Shown here one piece after another: positions 28,425-37,774 of a stretch of DNA of 64,000 nt. Origin of the DNA: an uncultured Acidimicrobiaceae bacterium. GTDB lineage: Bacteria; Actinomycetota; Acidimicrobiia; Acidimicrobiales; RAAP-2. A program made the position numbers and the translations under genes. The stretch covers positions 1,465-65,464 of the forward strand of contig CAZSYT010000007.1 in NCBI GenBank assembly GCA_964610905.1, written 5' to 3'. Numbering within the stretch: the stretch's first letter is position 1; every line of letters begins with the position of its first letter. A model generated the notes under the pieces. That model worked only from the letters and a program-made list of their open reading frames with translations. It was not told where the DNA came from and searched no databases.

Positions 28425-30287
28425 TCAGGTGACCGGTACCGTCACCCGAGCCCCGGAGACCGTCACCCGGAAGGTCCCGTTGGAGGCCCGGAAGAGCGGC
28501 GCCGTGCTTCCCGTCAGCTGGAGCTCGATCGTGTGCCCGGCAGCGAACGTGTAGTCGTTCGGGGTGAGGGCGAACGACATCTCGGTGGTGGCGGCGGCGG
28601 TCGTCGGCGTGCCCGCTGCCTGGTCGACGGAGGGTCGGTAGACGTTGACGGAGACCAGCTGGCGGGAGCCGTCGGGGGCGACGTCCCACAACCGGCCGAC
28701 CAGCTCGGGGTAGTCGCCGACCACGTGAAGGGTGGCGGTGACGGTCGCCGATCCGAGCAGGGTGCGCGGGTGCGCGCCGACGGCCACCCGGTAGGTGGCC
28801 GTGCCGGGAGCTGTGCCAGGCGGCAGCTCGTGGCAGAACGCCTTGCCGGCGTACGCGGGGTTCAGCTGGGCGGCGGTGGCGGCCGAGCCGCCCGTGGACG
28901 TGACGACCTGGTCGTCGGGCCCCGAGAGGACGAGGGAGCCGTGCTGGAGGGCGGCGAGCGAGGTTCCCGCAGCGGTCGTCGTCTCGGGGCCGGTGCACGA
29001 CGTCGGCGAGACGACCACCCCGGTCTCCGGCCGGGTGTGGCGCCGGAGCACCGCGTCGAGGAACGCGATGCCGCGCGCGTTCTCGGCGGCGGTGACGGCC
29101 GGCTGGTTGGCTGCCCACCCGTGGCCGACGTCGGCGAGGAGGAGCAGCAGCGGGGTCGAGTCGTGCGCGGCCTCGACCCGGGCCGCGTAGTGCAGCGCCT
29201 CGGACGCAGGGAACAGGGTGTCGTTCCAGCCGTTCAGGATGACGGTCGGTGCCGGCCCGCCCGGCGGAAGGGGAATGCCGATGGCCGACTTGTAGTTCTG
29301 GACCTCGCGGAGGGCGGCCGTGTCGGTGGCGGTGGCCGGCTCACCGGCGACCAGCGCGTGCTCCCAGGTGGTCAGGTCGCTGCGGGGGTCGACGCCGGGG
29401 GGTGACAGGTAGCCGGCGGTGGTCACGCCGTAGAGGAGGGTGTCCCAGCTGAGCTTGGGGACGCCCATCGGCGAGACGTCGGCCGACGCCGGGGTCGTCG
29501 CCGTCGCCGACAGGTGCCCGTTGGGGACCAGGGCGTCGGCCAGGTCGTCCCACGCCCACTGGGCGAAGACCGCGCCCACCGACATGGGGACGTGGTGGAC
29601 GGGGCTCACCCACGGCACGAGGGACCCGTCGGTGAGGCGCACACGGTCCTTCAGCACGGCCAGCTCGAGGGACTGCCCGCCGCCGTAGGAGAGGCCGGCG
29701 ACGGCGATGCTCGGCCGGACGAGCCCTTCGTCGACAAGCTCGCCGGCCAGGTACTGGGTGTCACGGATCTCGTAGCGCTGGTCGGCGAGCTGGATCCACC
29801 CGTTGGCGCACGCCGGCGTGCCGGCCCGTGACGCCGCCGAGCCGCACGAGTTGCCGAAGCCACGCGCCGTGTAGGTGAGCACCGCCCAGCCGTTCGAGGC
29901 GAGCGCCACGTTGTTCTCCGCTCCCGGCGTGGTGTCGGCGTGGTCGACCTCGAACGCCGTCTTGGACTGCCCGAGGCCGTGGAGCAGGACGATGAGCGGG
30001 AAGGGGCCGCGACCGGTGGGTGGCAGGGTCACGTCGGCGTCGAGGGGCACCCCGTCGAAGCTCGGCACGCGGCGGCTCCCGCCGCCCGGGCAGAAGCGGA
30101 CGCCGTAGCGGGGCGTGCACGTGAGGAGGCCGAAGGGGTGGGGCACGGTCGGTGGCGGTGGCTCGGCGGCCGCAGGTGCGGCGGCACGGCCGGACGCCGA
30201 GGAGCAGGCCGCGAGCAGGGAGGCCGCCAGGCTCAGGCCCATCGCCAGCGCGCCGACGCGCCGAAGCCGTCCGAGTGGTCGTCCCAT
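28425..30287 (-). CDS. Secreted lipoprotein, alpha/beta hydrolase of the CocE/NonD or X-Pro dipeptidyl-peptidase (S15) type with a C-terminal beta-sandwich domain
   Basis: ATG preceded by GGAGGAGGAAG, and a lipobox signal (LAMGLSLAASLLAAC). The hydrolase core has GLSYGG as the nucleophile elbow. 620 aa. Confidence 0.72.
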   Translation of the reverse strand: MGRPLGRLRRVGALAMGLSLAASLLAACSSASGRAAAPAAAEPPPPTVPHPFGLLTCTPRYGVRFCPGGGSRRVPSFDGVPLDADVTLPPTGRGPFPLIVLLHGLGQSKTAFEVDHADTTPGAENNVALASNGWAVLTYTARGFGNSCGSAASRAGTPACANGWIQLADQRYEIRDTQYLAGELVDEGLVRPSIAVAGLSYGGGQSLELAVLKDRVRLTDGSLVPWVSPVHHVPMSVGAVFAQWAWDDLADALVPNGHLSATATTPASADVSPMGVPKLSWDTLLYGVTTAGYLSPPGVDPRSDLTTWEHALVAGEPATATDTAALREVQNYKSAIGIPLPPGGPAPTVILNGWNDTLFPASEALHYAARVEAAHDSTPLLLLLADVGHGWAANQPAVTAAENARGIAFLDAVLRRHTRPETGVVVSPTSCTGPETTTAAGTSLAALQHGSLVLSGPDDQVVTSTGGSAATAAQLNPAYAGKAFCHELPPGTAPGTATYRVAVGAHPRTLLGSATVTATLHVVGDYPELVGRLWDVAPDGSRQLVSVNVYRPSVDQAAGTPTTAAATTEMSFALTPNDYTFAAGHTIELQLTGSTAPLFRASNGTFRVTVSGARVTVPVT

Positions 30288-30439
30288 GCCGCTTCCTCCT
30301 CCCGCTCCGGTCCGCGGATGCCAGGCCGACCTCCACGTCGCCGCCCGGCTCGGCAACCTTACGCACGAGCGGCCGGCGGGCGGGGGACGCCGGTCGCCGT
30401 CGCGTCGCTTGCTCGACGGGCGGGGTCGCCGGTGGAGGC

Positions 30440-31318
30440 TCAGCCGAGCGCGCCCGAGACGGCGTCGACGAAACGCCGGGGGGCCTCGAGCATCGGGTAC
30501 CGGCCGGCCGCCGGCAGGAGGACCGGGCCGGACGTCTCGAGGCGGCCGGTCAGCTGGCGGGCGTCGTCGGGGCCGGCCAGCGGGTCGTCGCTCCCCCACA
30601 CCACGGTGAGGGGCGACGGGTGCCCGGCGAGGGCCCCGGTCAGGCGGGCCTCCGCGGCGGGTGACCCGGCGAGGTGACGCGCGGTGCGGGGGAGGAGGAG
30701 ATGACCGTCGAGGTAGGCAATGAGGTCCCACTGGGCGGCGAGCACGTCGGCGTCGAGCGAGGACGTCGGCGAGTGCGTCCCCGTCACCGCCTCCATGACG
30801 GCGGCGCGCTCGGGCGCGCGCTCCTCGTCGAAGCGGCGGTCGGGCAGGTGGAGGAGGAACTGCCGGCCTGCCGAGGGCCGGGCCAGGTCCTCGCACACCA
30901 GCCCGTTGGTGAGGACCCGTGCGGTGACCTCGACCGGCCACGTGCCCTCGAGGTTGCGGGCGAGCAGCTCGGCGCCCACCAGGTTGCCGAGGTCGTGGGT
31001 CAGGAGGGCGCAGCCGACGACCCCCGCCTGCGCCAGCAGCCCGGCGACGAGGTCGGCCTGCAGGCCGAGGGAGTAGCGCAGGTCTGGCTTCGCCGACAGC
31101 CCGAAGCCGAGGAGGTCGGGCAGGACCACCCGCCGGTGCCGGGCGAGCTCGTCGACGACGGCCCGGAAGTCGAACGACGAGGTCGGGAAGGCGTGGAGGA
31201 CGACGATCGGCGGGCCGAGCGCCACCTCGGTGGGAGCCAGGTCGACGACGAAGAGGCCGAAGCCGTTGATCGTGCGGTAGCCGCCACGCCTCCGCCACGC
31301 CTCCGCCAGCGCGTTCAC
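30440..31318 (-). CDS. Alpha/beta hydrolase fold protein
   Basis: VVLHAFPTSSFDF and THDLGN motifs, with a C-terminal GRYPMLEAP. The GTG start overlaps the upstream stop as GTGA. Confidence 0.78.
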   Translation of the reverse strand: MNALAEAWRRRGGYRTINGFGLFVVDLAPTEVALGPPIVVLHAFPTSSFDFRAVVDELARHRRVVLPDLLGFGLSAKPDLRYSLGLQADLVAGLLAQAGVVGCALLTHDLGNLVGAELLARNLEGTWPVEVTARVLTNGLVCEDLARPSAGRQFLLHLPDRRFDEERAPERAAVMEAVTGTHSPTSSLDADVLAAQWDLIAYLDGHLLLPRTARHLAGSPAAEARLTGALAGHPSPLTVVWGSDDPLAGPDDARQLTGRLETSGPVLLPAAGRYPMLEAPRRFVDAVSGALG

Positions 31319-32103
31319 GCGAGCAGTCGCTCCCCGAGGAACGCGAGCACCTGGTCGAGCGCCTGGCGGGTCGGGGTGCCCGGGCGGTCGTCGAGGTCCT
31401 CGGTCAGCACCGAATGGGCGCCGAGCCGGTGCCCGGCGGGGTTGCCGGGCGAGGAGTCGAGCTCGACGGCAACGAACCCGTCGCCGAGCTCTTCGGAAAG
31501 GCGGGCGAAGCGGTCGGCCGGGCACGCCCGGTCGCCGCTGAAGCGGAGCCCGAGCACGCGCGTGCCGTCGGCCACGCGCTGGCGGACCCGGGCGAGGTCG
31601 GTGTCGTCGACGCCGAGGTCGCGTCGGTGCGCGGCGCCGACCGGCAGGGGGAGCGACGGCTGGCTCAGCACCGGGGCGACCACGGAAGGGTCGACGAGCA
31701 TGGCGAGGGCGAAGCCGCCCGTCAGGCACATGCCCACCACGCCGACGCCCGGGCCCCCGCACCGCTCGTGCTCCTCGCGGGCGAGCGCTCGCAGCCAGCG
31801 GGTGACCGGGCTCGTCCGCCCCCTGGCGAGCACCACGAACTCGCGCGAGACGCACGCCTCGGCGAGCGAGCGAAGGGCGTAGCCCGGGGTCGTCGGCTTG
31901 CCGTCGGTCCCGAAGAGGTGGGGGACGACCGCCGTGCAGCCGAGGTCCGCCACCCGCTGGGCGAACGCCGTGACGCGTGGCGTGATGCCGGGGACCTCGC
32001 TCAGGACGACGACGGCGGGGCCGGTGCCCCGACGGTGCACGACCCGGCTCCGGCCGTCGTAGGTGTGCTCCTCGGCGTCGAACCCGGTCAGCGAGGACGG
32101 CAT
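31315..32103 (-). CDS. Dienelactone hydrolase family protein
   Basis: VVVLSEVPGITP and the GMCLTGG nucleophile motif, with the typical DLH length of 262 aa. Confidence 0.78.
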   Translation of the reverse strand: MPSSLTGFDAEEHTYDGRSRVVHRRGTGPAVVVLSEVPGITPRVTAFAQRVADLGCTAVVPHLFGTDGKPTTPGYALRSLAEACVSREFVVLARGRTSPVTRWLRALAREEHERCGGPGVGVVGMCLTGGFALAMLVDPSVVAPVLSQPSLPLPVGAAHRRDLGVDDTDLARVRQRVADGTRVLGLRFSGDRACPADRFARLSEELGDGFVAVELDSSPGNPAGHRLGAHSVLTEDLDDRPGTPTRQALDQVLAFLGERLLA

Positions 32104-32113
32104 GGTCGAGACG

Positions 32114-33043
32114 CTACCGCTGCGGCGCCTTCCCGGCCTGGCCCCCGGCGTCCCTCGCCCGCCCCGGGGGCACCTCGTCGGGACGGCTCTCGCCGACCGT
32201 GCCCGACCGGGGCTTCCCGCTCGCGACCGCGAGGTCGACCCGGAGGGGGCGGTGGTCGGAGCCGAGCGGACCGAGCACGGTCCCCGTCCCGGTGACCGGC
32301 CCGGTGACGAGCACGTGGTCGAGCTGGCTGTGCGGCCAGGTGGCCGGCCAGGTCCGACCGCGGGCGACCCGGTGCCACCCCGGCAGCTGGAGCGAGACGG
32401 CCGGTCCCCACAGGTTCATGTCGCCGGCCAGCACGGCCGGCCGGCCCTTCGCGGCCAGGGCGCGGCCCAGCTCGCGATAGTGGCGGGGCGAGCCGTGCAG
32501 CAGGTGCGCGAAGTGGGTGCCGTGCACCGTCAGGACCTCGTCGCCCACCGGTACCTCGCACGACAGCACCACCCGCCGGACGGGGTCGCGCCGCAGCGGC
32601 GTGAGGCGGGTGACGGGGAGGAAGCGGGCCGCTCCCCGCACGAGCAGCGCCACGCCCCATGCGCCGTGCCGTCCCCCCGCCTGCCGTCCCCCGGCCCGAC
32701 GCTGGCGCCACCGCGGGTCGCCGTCGACGTGGAGGATCGTGACGAGCGGGCCGAGCGGTGGTCCCCAGCGGTCGTCGGCGGCGGGGTCCGGTCCGAGCAG
32801 TCGGCCGCTGCCGAGGACCTCCTCCACCAGGTCGTAGCCGAGCGCGTCGGCGACGCGCCGGGCCAGGCTCGGGCTGCCGTCCGGGGCCCACGACTCCTGC
32901 AGGACGAGGACGTCGGCGTCGAGGGACCGGCAGGCCTCGACGACGTCGAAGGGCCGGCCCCATCCGTCGACTCCCAGGTGGGTGTTGAACGTGGCGAGGG
33001 AGACGCTCCCGTCGCCCTGCCCGCCGGCGCGGTCCGCGCTCAC
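32114..33043 (-). CDS. Endonuclease/exonuclease/phosphatase (EEP) family protein
   Basis: LATFNTHLG, DVLVLQE, LAGDMN and SDHRPL motifs of the EEP fold. Confidence 0.8.
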   Translation of the reverse strand: MSADRAGGQGDGSVSLATFNTHLGVDGWGRPFDVVEACRSLDADVLVLQESWAPDGSPSLARRVADALGYDLVEEVLGSGRLLGPDPAADDRWGPPLGPLVTILHVDGDPRWRQRRAGGRQAGGRHGAWGVALLVRGAARFLPVTRLTPLRRDPVRRVVLSCEVPVGDEVLTVHGTHFAHLLHGSPRHYRELGRALAAKGRPAVLAGDMNLWGPAVSLQLPGWHRVARGRTWPATWPHSQLDHVLVTGPVTGTGTVLGPLGSDHRPLRVDLAVASGKPRSGTVGESRPDEVPPGRARDAGGQAGKAPQR

Positions 33044-34356
33044 CGGCGGCCCATCGCCTCGGCGGCGGCGTGGAGCTCGGCCCGGTGGTCCGGGTGGGCG
33101 AGCTCCGCCAGGGCGTGCGCCCGCTCGCGCACGGTCAAGCCGATCAGGTCGGCGGCACCGTGCTCGGTCACCACGACGCCGGTGTGGTGGCGGGGCGTGG
33201 ACACCACCGACCCCCCGGGGAGCTCGGCGACGATCCGCGAGCGCTCCTCGCCGCCCACCGTCACCGTCGAGCGGAGGCAGACGAGCGAGTGGTCGTCGGC
33301 CTGCAGCTCGGCACCCGACACGAAGTCCTCGTGACCGCCGACCCCCGAGACCTGCCGGCCGTCGACGCAGTCGGCCACGATCTGCCCGTAGAGGTCGACG
33401 GCGAGCGCCCCGTTGACCGACACGAAGGACCGGTTGCGGGCGATCACGGTCGGGTCGTTGACGACCTCGACGGGGAGGAAGGCGACCGCCTCGTTGTCGT
33501 CCAGCCAGTCGTAGAGGGCGCGCGAGCCCAGTGCGAAGGTGGTCACCGAGCGGCCGTCGAAGACGCCCTTGCGGTCGTTGGTCACCTTGCCGGCCCGGTG
33601 GAGGGTCATGAGCCCGTCGGTGAACATCTCGGAGTGGACGCCGTAGCCGCCACCGTCCTCGGCGGCGAGCTGGTGGGCCACCATGTCGGGGACGGCCCCG
33701 ATGCCGATCTGCAACGTGCTCCCGTCGTGCACGTAGGCCCGGGCCCGGGCAGCGATGGCCCGGTCGACGTCGTCGACCTCGCTCGGCGGCAGCTCGTAGG
33801 GCGAGCTGGAGGTCTCGACCAGCACGTCGACGGCGTCGAGCGGCAGCCGGTTGGTGTAGGTCGGTGGCAAGGACCGGGTGCGGGGGAAGTTGGGGCTGAC
33901 CTCGACGACGAGGAGGCGGTCGGGGTCGCGTCCGGCGGCCAGCAGCTCGCCGACGGTGGCCCCCAGGTGCAGGGAGAGGTTCACGCCCCAGCCCTCGCCC
34001 GGGTCCTCGTCGGGCAGAGCGGCCTGCACGGCCATCACCCGGGGCGCGAACCTGCGCAGGATAGGCCCGAACTGGCGGAAGCCGCCGGGGACGTGCTCGA
34101 CGCGCGCCCCCTGGGCCAGTAGCACGCGCTCGGACGGGCCGAAGAACCCCGAACGGTACGTCACGCCGGGGTGGGCCAGGAACGGGTAGTAGCCGAGCAG
34201 GAGGGCCCCTCCGACGACCAGGTCCTCCCAGTCGTCGCGCTCGCCGAGGGCGGTGAGGAACCCGTCGGGGTTGGCCGGACCGAGCCCGAGCCCGAGGGTG
34301 TCGCGCCTGCGGACGAGGGCGACGGCCTCGGACGGGGTGCAGGTGCGGGGCGTCAC
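33040..34356 (-). CDS. Acetyl-CoA hydrolase/transferase family protein (4-hydroxybutyrate CoA-transferase-like)
   Basis: LQIGIGAVPD, SEMFTDG and VSGVGGHEDF motifs. The start was set at the in-frame GTG at 34356 (34374 is also possible). It overlaps the EEP start by 4 bp. Confidence 0.83.
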   Translation of the reverse strand: MTPRTCTPSEAVALVRRRDTLGLGLGPANPDGFLTALGERDDWEDLVVGGALLLGYYPFLAHPGVTYRSGFFGPSERVLLAQGARVEHVPGGFRQFGPILRRFAPRVMAVQAALPDEDPGEGWGVNLSLHLGATVGELLAAGRDPDRLLVVEVSPNFPRTRSLPPTYTNRLPLDAVDVLVETSSSPYELPPSEVDDVDRAIAARARAYVHDGSTLQIGIGAVPDMVAHQLAAEDGGGYGVHSEMFTDGLMTLHRAGKVTNDRKGVFDGRSVTTFALGSRALYDWLDDNEAVAFLPVEVVNDPTVIARNRSFVSVNGALAVDLYGQIVADCVDGRQVSGVGGHEDFVSGAELQADDHSLVCLRSTVTVGGEERSRIVAELPGGSVVSTPRHHTGVVVTEHGAADLIGLTVRERAHALAELAHPDHRAELHAAAEAMGRR

Positions 34357-34500
34357 GGACGACCAGTGTGCCACCTGGTCCCCGGCACGCCGGTCCTGGC
34401 GGGAGCGCGACCCGCCCGGTCGGCCCACCCGGGCGCCTCCGTCGGGCCGCGGACCGTGGCGGGGTTGGCCTCGGGGGCCCGGGTGGGCGAGGATCGTCGG

Positions 34501-35463
34501 ATGGACCGCGACACCGGCGCGCTCCCCGGCTCCCCCGACGGCGGGGCCACCGGGGCGGCCGACGACTACGACGAGCTCTCGTTCCTCGAGGAGAACGCCG
34601 CCGAGGCCGGCCTTGCGTGGCGCGGCCGGCCCCGAGTCGTGCGCGACGAGGTGACGGTCGCCCCGGGGCGGGCAGTCAGCGCCCTCGTGTGGGGGGACGC
34701 GCCTGCGTCGCTGGTGCTCGTGCACGGGGGCGGCCAGAACGCCCACACGTGGGACACGGTGGCGCTCGCCCTCGAGCAGCCGCTCGTCGCCGTCGACCTC
34801 CCCGGTCACGGCCACTCGGGCTGGCCCGCGGGCCCCGGCGTCCTCGACCCCGCCGGCCTGGCCGACGACGTCGCCGTCGCCGTGCGCCGGTGGGCTCCCG
34901 AGGCGCGCGCCGTGGTCGGCATGTCCCTCGGGGGACTGGCCGCGCTCTCCCTCGCCGCGCGCCATCCCGATCTCGTGCGCCACCTCGTCCTCGTCGACAT
35001 CACGCCCGGCGTCGACCGCGCGAAGAGCGCGTCGGTGACGGCGTTCCTGGCGGGCCCGGAGTCGTTCGCCTCGCTCGACGAGATGGTCGACCGCACGATC
35101 GCCTTCAACCCGGGCCGCTCCGAGACGTCGCTCCGCCGCGGCGTCCGCCACAACGCCGTGCGGCGTCCCGACGGCCGGTGGACGTGGCGCCACCAGCTCG
35201 GACGCCCCGAGGGACGCGTCGGCGAGCACGTGGCGAGCGTCGACTTCGGCGCGCTGTGGGACGACCTCGGCCGCGTCGACGCGCCGGTGACCCTGGTGCG
35301 GGGCGGGCGCTCCCCGGTCGTCGACGACGCGGACGTCGCCGAGGTGCTGCGACGGAGGCCCGACGCCCGGGTGGAGGTGGTCGGGGACGCCGGGCACAGC
35401 GTCCAGGGCGACCGTCCCGTGGAGCTCGCCGCCGTCCTCCGCGGCGTGCTCGGCGGTCCCTGA
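34501..35463 (+). CDS. Alpha/beta hydrolase fold protein
   Basis: LVLVHGGGQNAHTWD and the GMSLGG nucleophile elbow, with GHSVQGDRP near the C-terminus. Confidence 0.8.
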   Translation: MDRDTGALPGSPDGGATGAADDYDELSFLEENAAEAGLAWRGRPRVVRDEVTVAPGRAVSALVWGDAPASLVLVHGGGQNAHTWDTVALALEQPLVAVDLPGHGHSGWPAGPGVLDPAGLADDVAVAVRRWAPEARAVVGMSLGGLAALSLAARHPDLVRHLVLVDITPGVDRAKSASVTAFLAGPESFASLDEMVDRTIAFNPGRSETSLRRGVRHNAVRRPDGRWTWRHQLGRPEGRVGEHVASVDFGALWDDLGRVDAPVTLVRGGRSPVVDDADVAEVLRRRPDARVEVVGDAGHSVQGDRPVELAAVLRGVLGGP

Positions 35464-35522
35464 GGCTCCCGGCGCCCCCCGTCCGGTGCCCCTCCGGTGC
35501 CGGCCGTGACGGCGACGGCCGG

Positions 35523-35588
35523 GTTCAACGAGTGTTCCTCCACCGTTCACCTGTCGGTCAGATCGTCATGAACACCCGTTCAGAAATG
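35523..35588 (+). promoter_or_regulatory. PHO-box-like array: 11-nt-periodic direct repeat units upstream of pstB
   Basis: Units start at 35523 (GTTCAACGAGT), 35534 (GTTCCTCCACC), 35545 (GTTCACCTGTC), 35556 (GGTCAGATCGT) and 35578 (GTTCAGAAATG). The array is followed by TACCGT at 35594-35599 (TANNNT-type -10) and the ATG at 35609. Confidence 0.55.
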
Positions 35589-35608
35589 CTCCGTACCGTG
35601 TCTCCTCG

Positions 35609-36436
35609 ATGGTCCAGCTCCTCGGGAACGACGTGGCCGGCCTCGCCGGGACGGCTCCGAAGGGGGCCGAGCGGCAGCCGGCACGCCCCGCCTTCTCCGC
35701 TCGCCGCCTGACCCTCTCCTACGGGGGGGCGACGGTGCTCGCCGGCGTCGACCTCGACGTCCCCGCCGGCGCCGTCACCGCGCTCGTCGGTCCCACCGGC
35801 TGCGGGAAGACGACGTTCCTCCGGAGCCTCAACCGTCTGAACGACCGGGTGCCTGGCTTCCGGCTGATGGGGTCGCTCGAGCTCTTCGGCTCCGACCTCT
35901 ACGGCCGCTCGAGCGACCCGCTCGTCGTCCGCCGGCGGGTCGGCATGCTCTTCCAGCGACCCAACCCGTTCCCGCTGTCGGTCCGCGAGAACGTGGTGGC
36001 AGGCGTGAAGGCGCACCGTCTGGCCCGCCGGTCCGAGCTGGCCTCGATCGCCGAGGCGCGGCTGCGCCAGGTGGGCCTGTGGGACGCCGTCTCGGACCGC
36101 CTCGGCTCCTCCCCGTTCCGTCTGTCGGGCGGCCAGCAGCAGCTGCTGTGCCTCGCCCGCGCGCTCGCCGTCGGGCCCGAGGTCCTCCTGCTCGACGAGC
36201 CCACCTCGTCGCTCGACCCGGTCTCGACCGAGGCGGTCGAGGCCATGCTGGCCTCGCTGGTCCCCGACATCACCGTCGTGATCGTCACCCACAACCTGGC
36301 CCAGGCCCGCCGCTTGTCCGACCACGCAGTGTTCTTCCACCAGGGCCGCCTGGCCGAGCACGGGCCGACCGCCCAGCTCTTCGAGGACCCCTCCGAGGAG
36401 GCAACCCGCCAGTACGTCACCGGCCGGTTCGGCTGA
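35609..36436 (+). CDS. pstB: Phosphate ABC transporter ATP-binding protein
   Basis: Walker A GPTGCGKTTFLRSLNRLND, signature LSGGQQQLLCLARAL and Walker B LLLDEPTSSLD. C-terminal PstB-type ending. GTG 35633 is an alternative start. Confidence 0.9.
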   Translation: MVQLLGNDVAGLAGTAPKGAERQPARPAFSARRLTLSYGGATVLAGVDLDVPAGAVTALVGPTGCGKTTFLRSLNRLNDRVPGFRLMGSLELFGSDLYGRSSDPLVVRRRVGMLFQRPNPFPLSVRENVVAGVKAHRLARRSELASIAEARLRQVGLWDAVSDRLGSSPFRLSGGQQQLLCLARALAVGPEVLLLDEPTSSLDPVSTEAVEAMLASLVPDITVVIVTHNLAQARRLSDHAVFFHQGRLAEHGPTAQLFEDPSEEATRQYVTGRFG

Positions 36437-36581
36437 CCGGCTCGTACCTGGCGCGCCACCGCGCCGGTTCGGCCGAGCGGTCCCCGCGTCCACCCGCACG
36501 GCCGGTCGGGGCCACCGGCCCTCCGAAGCTCGCACGATCCACGACCCTCGCAGCACCGCGACGAAAGGAGCACCGTCCACC

Positions 36582-37769
36582 ATGGACGTCCACGCACAGC
36601 CCACCACGCCTCCCACGAGACGCCCACGCCGCCTGCTCACGCTCGGCGGCCTCACCCTGACGGGCGCCCTGGCGCTCGCCGCCTGCTCGTCGGGGACCTC
36701 GTCGAGCTCCACCACCACCAAGGCGCCCCCGGGCTCGAGCACGACCGGGGCCTCGGCGACCGCGCAGGTCCTCACCCCGCCGTCCTCGACGGTGGCGCTC
36801 ACGGAGACGGGCTCGACGCTGCTCTACCCGCTCTTCAACCTCTGGGGGCCCGCCTACTCGAAGCAGTACCCGAACATCACGCTGACGACGGCGGGGACGG
36901 GCTCGGGGACCGGCATCTCGCAGGCGGCCGCCGGTGCCATCGACATCGGTGCCTCCGACGCCTACCTGTCGTCGAGCCAGGTGGCCGCCCACCCGGGCCT
37001 GCTGAACATCCCCCTCGCCATCTCGGCGCAGATGATCAACTACGACCTGCCCGGGGTCAGCGGGAACCTGAAGCTCGACCCCACGGTCATCGCGCGGATG
37101 TACGAGGGCAAGATCACCACGTGGAACGACGCGGCGATCGCCAAGCTCAACCCGGGCGTGACGCTGCCGGCCACGCGGGTCGTCCCGCTCCACCGGATCG
37201 ACGGGAGCGGCGACACCTTTCTGTTCAGCCAGTACCTGTCGAAGGGTGACCCGACCGACTGGGGCGCCAACAACTTCGGGACGTCGATCTCGTTCCCGGC
37301 CATCTCGTCGGCGCTCGGCGCCACCGGTAACGGCGGGATGGTGAGCGAGTGCGCCAAGACGGTCGGCTGCATCGCCTACATCGGCATCAGCTACCAGGCG
37401 CAGACCCAGAAGAGCAACCTCGGCGAGGCCATGGTCGCCAACGGCTCGGGGAACTACCTCCTGCCGAACAGCTCGACGATCGACGCCGAGGCGGCCGGGT
37501 TCACGAGCAGCACCCCGGCCAACGGTGCGATCTCGATGATCTACGGCAAGACGGCCGCCCAGGGCTACCCGATCATCAACTACGAGTACGCCATCGTGAG
37601 CTCGAAGCAGTCGAGCCCGACGACGGCCCAGGCCATCCGGGCGTTCCTGTCGTGGGCGATCAACGCCAACGGCGGCAACGCCCCGAGCTTCCTGTCGCAG
37701 GTCGGCTTCCGGCCGCTGCCCTCGGCGGTGGTCAGCCAGTCGCAGGCCCAGCTGCAGTCGGTCCAGTAG
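36582..37769 (+). CDS. pstS: Phosphate-binding lipoprotein PstS
   Basis: ATG after GAAAGGAG, a lipobox (GALALAAC), and PstS motifs ETGSTLLYPLFNLW, GSGTGI and YPIINYEY. Confidence 0.9.
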   Translation: MDVHAQPTTPPTRRPRRLLTLGGLTLTGALALAACSSGTSSSSTTTKAPPGSSTTGASATAQVLTPPSSTVALTETGSTLLYPLFNLWGPAYSKQYPNITLTTAGTGSGTGISQAAAGAIDIGASDAYLSSSQVAAHPGLLNIPLAISAQMINYDLPGVSGNLKLDPTVIARMYEGKITTWNDAAIAKLNPGVTLPATRVVPLHRIDGSGDTFLFSQYLSKGDPTDWGANNFGTSISFPAISSALGATGNGGMVSECAKTVGCIAYIGISYQAQTQKSNLGEAMVANGSGNYLLPNSSTIDAEAAGFTSSTPANGAISMIYGKTAAQGYPIINYEYAIVSSKQSSPTTAQAIRAFLSWAINANGGNAPSFLSQVGFRPLPSAVVSQSQAQLQSVQ

Positions 37770-37774
37770 GGCAC

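Noticed and set aside
36437-36581. GGTTCGGC motifs (36425 and 36466) as PHO boxes for a separate pstS promoter
   Set aside because: They lack the TCA core and the 11-nt phasing seen upstream of pstB. pstS is more simply explained as co-transcribed with pstB.
37114-37127. parS-like sequence TCACCACGTGGAAC inside pstS
   Set aside because: Only the right half-site matches. There are three mismatches in the left arm, it is not palindromic, and it lies in a coding region.
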